Both the position numbers and the translations under genes were made by a program. Below, one piece after another: positions 57,938-64,000 of a stretch of 64,000 nt of DNA. Every line of letters starts with the position of its first letter. The first letter of the stretch is position 1. Source of the stretch: Candidatus Poribacteria bacterium (GTDB lineage Bacteria > Poribacteria > WGA-4E > PCPOR2b); the NCBI GenBank assembly GCA_965116925.1, contig OZ220744.1:416001-480000 (forward strand). The letters run 5' to 3'. The notes under the pieces were generated by a model. That model did no database searches. It was not told the DNA's origin and was given only the letters and a program-made list of their open reading frames with translations.

Positions 57938-58043
57938 GCCACAGTAAAGGATTAGATAAATTTTTAATAGTTGAGCGGATCGATATCGTGTAACAGAAAC
58001 CGAGTTTTTGTCAAAAGCTCGGTTTCTCTCTGCGCCTCAATGA

Positions 58044-58208
58044 CTATTGATGCCAATTCGGTCCAAAGACTTTATCCAAGAATTCATTCCAATTTTTTAA
58101 GTTCGGATCTGCTTTGATTAATACCTTAATCCGTTTGACTTCGGCAGTCACTTGGGGATGATTTTTTGGAATCTCTTTTGAGAGAGCAGCTTCGATTTCA
58201 GCGGCCAT
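58044..58208 (-). pseudogene. Probable 3' gene remnant / small ORF abutting a MITE
   Basis: Open frame MAAEIEAALSKEIPKNHPQVTAEVKRIKVLIKADPNLKNWNEFLDKVFGPNWHQ*, staying open upstream until the MITE terminus. Confidence 0.35.
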
Positions 58209-58229
58209 TTCTATGTCTTGAGAAAGCTT

Positions 58230-58446
58230 TAGGACTTACGCAGTTGAATACTCAAAGCCTCGTAGTTTGGTGATTTATTACCGAATAACACGACTCGTGA
58301 CACCCAATCAATTGTACAGCTACAGTAAATCCGTAGGTTTGTAGCAGGGCGATTTATCGCCCGGCTCCCCTCTATCCCCCACAAGCAGGGGGAGGAAAGA
58401 ACGCGCAATGAATTGTGCTACTGCAAACTGAAGTGCGTAACTCCTA
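58230..58446. mobile_element. MITE-like element with TAGGACTTACGCA termini
   Basis: TAGGACTTACGCA ... TGCGTAACTCCTA; internal GTAG REP hairpins. Confidence 0.7.
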
Positions 58447-58593
58447 AAGAAAATACAAAAGGCAAAAAGAAACCGAGTTTTCAAGAAAAAAAACTCGGTT
58501 TCTTCGCACTAAATCTTAACATGAACGGGATTATTATCAGCATGATCTGCTGTTACCAACTTGTGATAAGCCGGTAACAGCAGATTCCAATGT

Positions 58594-58887
58594 TCATTTC
58601 TGTACGGTGACGGTTCGGGAATGAACGGAGATGACACCGGTGAAGAGACTGATGATGATATCGATCGCTTTTGCTTCGGTTCGGATTTCATAGTCGGTTG
58701 CTTCGCCCGCTATCGCGTTTGTATCCACTGCGTTGAGAGGCATATATCCAAACAGGATATACCATTGCCGTGCTTCGGTGACGGTATTGCCTTGTGGACC
58801 GTTCCCCACAGTGTGGACATGGGCAGAACAACCGATGATGAGCAGAACCCCAAGGATTAGCAGTACAGCAGAACATCGCTTTAACAT
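58594..58887 (-). CDS. Small lipoprotein, Bor/Iss-like
   Basis: Lipobox IIGC; WY.LFG..P; SRTVTV C-terminus; GGAGG RBS. Confidence 0.6.
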   Translation of the reverse strand: MLKRCSAVLLILGVLLIIGCSAHVHTVGNGPQGNTVTEARQWYILFGYMPLNAVDTNAIAGEATDYEIRTEAKAIDIIISLFTGVISVHSRTVTVQK

Positions 58888-58901
58888 AATTTCCTCCTAA
58901 T

Positions 58902-59522
58902 TTAAGGTGAATGATTGATTAAACTAAGAGAGCCAATTGATGATTCGATGGCTCGAAGCTCCTGTTTGTACACATCCCTCGGCACGACATAATCCACCTC
59001 GAACACGGGGGATTTGGGGGCATCGCAGATAAGTTTGATGAGTACAAAGTCGGTAGCAACAACGATTAATTGATGCACACGAAATGCATCTTTACGAAAG
59101 GTTGCACGCTGGACCTTCGCCATTGGGAACTGGCTACGGTAGGCACTCTCCAGCGTTTGTAATAAGGTTCCGTCGGGCGTGGCTTTCACAGCTTCTAACC
59201 TTGACACTACACACATCGCGCGCGTCGCTTCATTCAAGAAGACCCATTGAGGGGTCATCTGAAGCCCCTGCGTGAGGGTATCATCCAATTGGTCAATCAC
59301 TTGCGCGAGGGTTCCATCGTCGAGGACTGTCCACCCTTTTGGCGCGGCAATCTCTATCTTGAGCGTTGGATCCGTGATTGCGGGTTCGAGGCGTGTCTGA
59401 TCGACCTGAAAAACGAGCGATTCGTCGGGGGGCTTGGTGTTTTCACATCCGATCAGTCCGGACAGAATAATACCATACCAGAGAAAGATTTCTATATAGC
59501 TTTTTGAAGTATATAGAGTCAC
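58902..59522 (-). CDS. Hypothetical lipoprotein
   Basis: Lipobox LIGC after a hydrophobic stretch; P.GW motif. Confidence 0.6.
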   Translation of the reverse strand: MTLYTSKSYIEIFLWYGIILSGLIGCENTKPPDESLVFQVDQTRLEPAITDPTLKIEIAAPKGWTVLDDGTLAQVIDQLDDTLTQGLQMTPQWVFLNEATRAMCVVSRLEAVKATPDGTLLQTLESAYRSQFPMAKVQRATFRKDAFRVHQLIVVATDFVLIKLICDAPKSPVFEVDYVVPRDVYKQELRAIESSIGSLSLINHSP

Positions 59523-59631
59523 TCGTGTTATGTTCTCCTACACTGCCTGTGGGAAACACCAATTCCGAACTTGATTTTACCAACCGATTCTGTGGCTGTT
59601 CCCTTGAGGGTTGTGACGATTTTATTGATAA

Positions 59632-59673
59632 TACGACTTACGCATTTCAGCACAGTTGGCTGCGTAAGTCCTA
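59632..59673. repeat. Minimal TAGGACTTACGCA-family element
   Basis: TACGACTTACGCA-N16-TGCGTAAGTCCTA. Confidence 0.65.
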
Positions 59674-59689
59674 GATATCAACTCATGTC

Positions 59690-60931
59690 TCACGCCACAT
59701 ACTTTCGGACAGCAATGGATGTGTTATGTCCACCAAAACCGAAGGCGTTGGACAGTGCGACTTGAATATTTGCAGACCGTCCCTGATTTGGCACACAGTC
59801 TAAATCACACTCCGGATCGGGGTTTTCGTAGTTGATGGTCGGTGGGATATAGTCGTTTTCCATTGCACACAAGGTGGCAATCAACTCAACTGCCCCGGCA
59901 GCACCAAGCAGGTGACCTATCATAGATTTTGTTGCACTCATGGCAACACGATTGGCGTGGTCCCCGAAAAGCGACTTAACAGCCAGTGTTTCTGCAATAT
60001 CACCCGATGGCGTTGAAGTGCCGTGGGCATTGATATAATCTACGTCCTCCGGTGCGATTTGACCATCTTTGAGTGCTAACTCCATTGACTTGGCAGCACC
60101 CTCTCCATTTTCACTTGGGTGCACCATATCATACGCATCCGCACTCATCCCATAGCCAACAATCTCGCCATAGATAGGCGCATTGCGTTTCAAGGCGTGT
60201 GAGAGAGATTCCAAAACTAAGACACCTGCCCCCTCGCCCATCACAAACCCGTCGCGCTCTCTATCAAATGGACGGCTTGCCTGCTGCGGTTCGTTATTGC
60301 GCGTAGACATTGCACGCATGGCGCAGAAGCCGGCAAAACTTAGTGGGGTGATTGCGTCTTCTGAACCCCCGGCAAACATCACATCGGCATCGCCGCGCTG
60401 GATGATCTTGAACGATTCGCCAATCGCGTTGTTGGCGGTTGCACAGGCGGTAACAGATGCGAAATTGGGTCCCTTGAGTTTCAAATGAATCGAGATTTGC
60501 CCAGATGCCATATTGATAATCTCGTGAGGCACAAAAAACGGGCTGACTCTTCTCGGTCCTTTTTCAAGCAAGATCCGGTGATTTTCCTCTAGGACACTGA
60601 TGCCACCGATTCCGGATCCGACACCGACGCCAACGCGGTAAGGATCTACCGCAGAGAGATCGAGATCCGCATCCTGTTGGGCTTGGATTGCAGATACCAG
60701 TGCGTATTGGATAAACAGTGGCAAGCGCGCTACAGCCTTCCGTGGAAGATACGCTTCCGGCGCAAACCCTTTAATTTCGCCCCCAATTTGCGTACGAAAA
60801 TCCTCCGGATCAAAATGCGTAACCCGATCGATCCCGCTTTTGCCTACCGCAATTGATTCCCAAAATTCATCTTTAGTGTTGCCTACAGAACAGACAACTC
60901 CCATTCCAGTAATAACAACTCGATTCCCCAC
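59690..60931 (-). CDS. fabF: 3-oxoacyl-ACP synthase II
   Basis: [35 protein letters not shown]. Confidence 0.96.
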   Translation of the reverse strand: MGNRVVITGMGVVCSVGNTKDEFWESIAVGKSGIDRVTHFDPEDFRTQIGGEIKGFAPEAYLPRKAVARLPLFIQYALVSAIQAQQDADLDLSAVDPYRVGVGVGSGIGGISVLEENHRILLEKGPRRVSPFFVPHEIINMASGQISIHLKLKGPNFASVTACATANNAIGESFKIIQRGDADVMFAGGSEDAITPLSFAGFCAMRAMSTRNNEPQQASRPFDRERDGFVMGEGAGVLVLESLSHALKRNAPIYGEIVGYGMSADAYDMVHPSENGEGAAKSMELALKDGQIAPEDVDYINAHGTSTPSGDIAETLAVKSLFGDHANRVAMSATKSMIGHLLGAAGAVELIATLCAMENDYIPPTINYENPDPECDLDCVPNQGRSANIQVALSNAFGFGGHNTSIAVRKYVA

Positions 60932-61166
60932 GAATATACCTCTTTCGTTTTAGAAATATAGCCAATGGTGATAGTTTCAGTTGTTGATACGTTCTCCGGT
61001 TAAAGACCAACAGTGAAACGTGATGCGTGAAACGTGAAAACAATTCGTTCATTGGTTCAAAGGTCAAGGACTCTCGGAAGAAGATGGCAGGGAGGAAGGT
61101 TGGAGGGCGAATCTTCCACCCTCCCAATCTTCCAACTTTCCAATCTTTATTGAGCCAACACACCCC

Positions 61167-61400
61167 TTAGGCATTCTCATCTAGGTAATCAAGTGCCTGT
61201 TGCACAGTGCGAATTTTTTCAGCTTCACTGTCTGGAATTTCAATATCAAATTCCTCTTCGAGTGCCATGATTAGTTCCACTGTATCCAACGAATCAGCAC
61301 CTAAATCGTCCATAAACGAGGCATCAGGTTTAACCTGCTCTTCGTCAATCTGTAACTGATCTGCAATCATTTTGATAATTTGATTTTGATCTATTGCCAT
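61167..61400 (-). CDS. acpP: Acyl carrier protein
   Basis: [20 protein letters not shown]. Confidence 0.97.
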   Translation of the reverse strand: MAIDQNQIIKMIADQLQIDEEQVKPDASFMDDLGADSLDTVELIMALEEEFDIEIPDSEAEKIRTVQQALDYLDENA

Positions 61401-61446
61401 TGATTTATTAACCTCCTAAGTTATTGAAAATTGTACATGGATTCAC

Positions 61447-62187
61447 TTACATAAACATACCACCGTCAACTTGGATAGCTTGTCCTGTGATGTATCGGGC
61501 GGCATCTGACGCCAAAAACAGAGCAGCTTCTGCGACATCTTCTGGTGTACCGAAACTGCCCGCTGGAATCATCTCTAACATTTTCTGTTGATCTGCTTCC
61601 GATATTTTTTCTGTCATATCAGTTGTGATAAAACCGGGGGTAATTGCATTCACCGTGATGCCGCGACTACCAACCTCTTTTGCTACAGACTTTGTCAAGC
61701 CAATGATTCCGGCTTTGGAAGCGGCATAGTTCGCTTGTCCGGCATTTCCTGCAACTCCCACCACTGATGAGATATTAATGATTCGTCCACTTCTTTGGCG
61801 CATCATCGATCGGATAACGGTCCGCATACAATACGCCGTTCCGGTGAGATTGGTCTGTAAAACCGCATCCCAGTCCTCATCCTTCATCCGCATAAACAAT
61901 GTATCACGGGTAATTCCGGCATTATTTACAAGGATGTCGACACGGTCAAATTCTTCCAACGTTAGATCCACAAGTGCCTCTACATCGGCTTTGTTGGAAA
62001 TATCAGCTTGTGTTGATTTTGCCTTTCCAACTTCATCTGAAAGGGATTCAACGATGGTAGCAACCGACTCAGCAGAACGTGAACAGAGCATCACAGATGC
62101 CCCTTCCTGACAGAATTTTCGAGCAATCGCTTCCCCGATTCCACGTGATGCCCCAGTAACAATTGCTACCTTGTCCTTAAGTATCAT
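61447..62187 (-). CDS. fabG: 3-oxoacyl-ACP reductase
   Basis: TGASRGIG, NNAGITRD, NYAASK. Confidence 0.96.
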   Translation of the reverse strand: MILKDKVAIVTGASRGIGEAIARKFCQEGASVMLCSRSAESVATIVESLSDEVGKAKSTQADISNKADVEALVDLTLEEFDRVDILVNNAGITRDTLFMRMKDEDWDAVLQTNLTGTAYCMRTVIRSMMRQRSGRIINISSVVGVAGNAGQANYAASKAGIIGLTKSVAKEVGSRGITVNAITPGFITTDMTEKISEADQQKMLEMIPAGSFGTPEDVAEAALFLASDAARYITGQAIQVDGGMFM

Positions 62188-62191
62188 TTAA

Positions 62192-63169
62192 TCAACCTTT
62201 ATTGGCTAGTTCTATCACTTTATTGAGGCTCTTAGTATCCTCAACATTTAGGCAAATCGCGTCTGGAAGGGTACGACGGACCATCCCAGAAAGCACTGTT
62301 CCAGGTCCCACCTCTACAAAGTGTGGGATACCGGCAGCCCCAATAGTCCGTGTTGACTTTTCCCACTGAACGGCTGAGGTTACCTGCGCTATCAACAAAC
62401 GGCGAACTTCGTCCGCAGTTTGAACAAAGCTGCCCGTTACGTTAGCAGCCACCTGAATACTTGGATTGTTGAACTGGAAATCGTTGATTACAGTCTGAAG
62501 CTGCTCTTGTGCCGGTGCCATTAAGGAAGAATGAAACGCACCACTCACTTCAAGTTTGAGGGCACGTCTAGCATCTGCCTCCTTTGCGCTATCCATGACG
62601 CGCTCAACAGCAGCGGTATCGCCGGAAACAATTAGTTGCCCAGGACAATTGTAATTTGCGATTTGAACCACACCGTTCCTTGCATCCTGATCCTCATCAG
62701 ACGACGCAGCTTCGCAAAGCTCCTGTAACGTTGCTTCCTCCAAGCCCAAAATTGCAGCCATTGTGCAATCTTGTCGCTGGGAAGCCTCTGCCATGACTTG
62801 CGCCCGATATTCGACCAACTTCAGCGCATCCGCGAAGGTAAGCACATGCGCCGCAACGAGGGCGGAATACTCTCCGAGACTATGACCGGCAACCGCTTTC
62901 GGCGCAATCCCGTGTTCGTTCAAGACTCGCAACGCCGCAACGCTACATGTTAGAATCGCCAGTTGTGTATTTTCGGTCTGTTTCAGTGCTTCCGCGGGTC
63001 CTTCAAAGCAGAGCTGGCTTAACTTCCGGTTCAGGGTCGCGTCCGCCTCGTCAAAGACAGCACGAGCTGTGTCGTATTCTTGGGAAAGTTCCAAACCCAT
63101 TCCCACTTTTTGGGAACCTTGACCGGGGAAGAGGAAAGCAAATGCGTCTTTTGGCGATGATTCGATCAT
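62192..63169 (-). CDS. fabD: Malonyl-CoA:ACP transacylase
   Basis: FPGQGSQ, GHSLGEY, VSGAFHS, EVGPG. Confidence 0.96.
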   Translation of the reverse strand: MIESSPKDAFAFLFPGQGSQKVGMGLELSQEYDTARAVFDEADATLNRKLSQLCFEGPAEALKQTENTQLAILTCSVAALRVLNEHGIAPKAVAGHSLGEYSALVAAHVLTFADALKLVEYRAQVMAEASQRQDCTMAAILGLEEATLQELCEAASSDEDQDARNGVVQIANYNCPGQLIVSGDTAAVERVMDSAKEADARRALKLEVSGAFHSSLMAPAQEQLQTVINDFQFNNPSIQVAANVTGSFVQTADEVRRLLIAQVTSAVQWEKSTRTIGAAGIPHFVEVGPGTVLSGMVRRTLPDAICLNVEDTKSLNKVIELANKG

Positions 63170-63200
63170 ATCAGATATACAACATAGATCTCTAGTTCGT

Positions 63201-64000
63201 TTAGAGCTTGATCAGGGTACTGCCCCATGTCAGACCGGCACCGAATGTAACTAGTAATACTAAGTCACCCGGTTTAACCCGTCCGGACTGAAGGGCTTCG
63301 TCAAGTGCAACAATCGTGGTAGCAGCAGAGGTATTTCCGTATTTATCAACATTGATATACACTTTTTCTGGATCGATCCCAATCCGCTCTCCGACGGCTT
63401 CGATGATGCGGATATTCGCCTGATGCGGGATAAGCAGATCGATGTCATCAACCGTTAGTCCTACCATGTCTAATGCGCGTTGTGCAGCTTCTGGCATAAT
63501 ACGGGTGCCGAGTTTGAACACCTCTCGTCCACGCATTTTAATCGAATGCATTCTGTTCTCAATGGTCTCATGACTTGCCGGAAGGCGTGTACCACCGGCG
63601 GGCATCCCAAGCAGATCTGTATCGGCATAATCACCATCGGATCCAATATAGGACGCTAGAATCCCCTTTGCTTCATCTGTTCCCTGCACGATTGCAGCAC
63701 CAGCCGCATCTCCGAACAAAACACATGTATTCCGGTCTTCCCAATCGAGAATTTTATTAAAAACTTCTCCACCGACGACTAGAATCGTTTGATAACGTCC
63801 GGACTGAATCATACCGTCGGCAAGGTCAAGTCCATAGATGAACCCTGCACAAGCGGCTGATAGGTCAAATGCACAGGCATTTTTTGCCCCAATGCCTTGC
63901 TGCACATAACATGCAGTTGAAGGAAAAAATGTATCAGGAGTTGCCGTACCAACAATGACCATTTCAACGTCGAGCGGATCGATATCAGCGGCTTTAATGG
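63201..64000 (-). CDS. fabH: 3-oxoacyl-ACP synthase III (5' end outside window)
   Basis: AACAGF, PHQAN, YGNTSAA, FGAGLTWG; frame open to the window end. Confidence 0.95.
   Translation of the reverse strand, partial: IKAADIDPLDVEMVIVGTATPDTFFPSTACYVQQGIGAKNACAFDLSAACAGFIYGLDLADGMIQSGRYQTILVVGGEVFNKILDWEDRNTCVLFGDAAGAAIVQGTDEAKGILASYIGSDGDYADTDLLGMPAGGTRLPASHETIENRMHSIKMRGREVFKLGTRIMPEAAQRALDMVGLTVDDIDLLIPHQANIRIIEAVGERIGIDPEKVYINVDKYGNTSAATTIVALDEALQSGRVKPGDLVLLVTFGAGLTWGSTLIKL

Noticed and set aside
82..63760. Numerous antisense and alternate-frame ORFs in the track (e.g. 82-774, 27594-28238, 38037-38579, 52413-52964)
   Set aside because: They overlap well-supported genes and show no recognisable motifs; treated as shadow ORFs.
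59690..64000. fab genes as a secondary-metabolite (type II PKS) cluster
   Set aside because: Canonical fabH-fabD-fabG-acpP-fabF order and motifs; no chain-length factor or tailoring genes.
1..64000. tRNA, rRNA, integrase or transposase genes
   Set aside because: None recognised by eye; a tRNAscan-SE/Infernal run would be needed to exclude them formally.

Overview
Bacterial chromosomal window dominated by a ~46 kb plus-strand respiratory supercluster (2.4-48.9 kb). It holds a Rieske/split cytochrome b6-type complex with an octaheme cytochrome c, and a CydB-less cytochrome bd-like module with three c-type cytochromes (one fused to a DMSO-reductase-type heme b domain) bracketed by two cupredoxin-like genes. 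These are followed by an A-family cytochrome c oxidase operon with maturation genes, a three-subunit succinate dehydrogenase and fumC. Next comes an uncharacterised locus in which four different proteins carry six copies of the PCP_red (BchB/ChlB C-terminal-like) domain, alongside a second Usp protein and an Mrp/ApbC ATPase. The bc-complex and bd-like operons share an identical 16-bp palindrome placed upstream of near-identical promoters. Three toxin-antitoxin pairs, two restriction-modification pairs, a frameshifted small gene and attC-like remnants interrupt the cluster. The right part carries TPR, cold-shock, Aap/Bzt amino-acid ABC transporter, VOC/class III aminotransferase, two lipoproteins and fabH-fabD-fabG-acpP-fabF genes. 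Intergenic DNA is rich in MITE-, REP- and heptamer-type repeats. Repeat style and gene content suggest Ca. Poribacteria or a similar uncultured lineage (inference, low confidence). All family calls come from motif reading and recall; no database searches were run.
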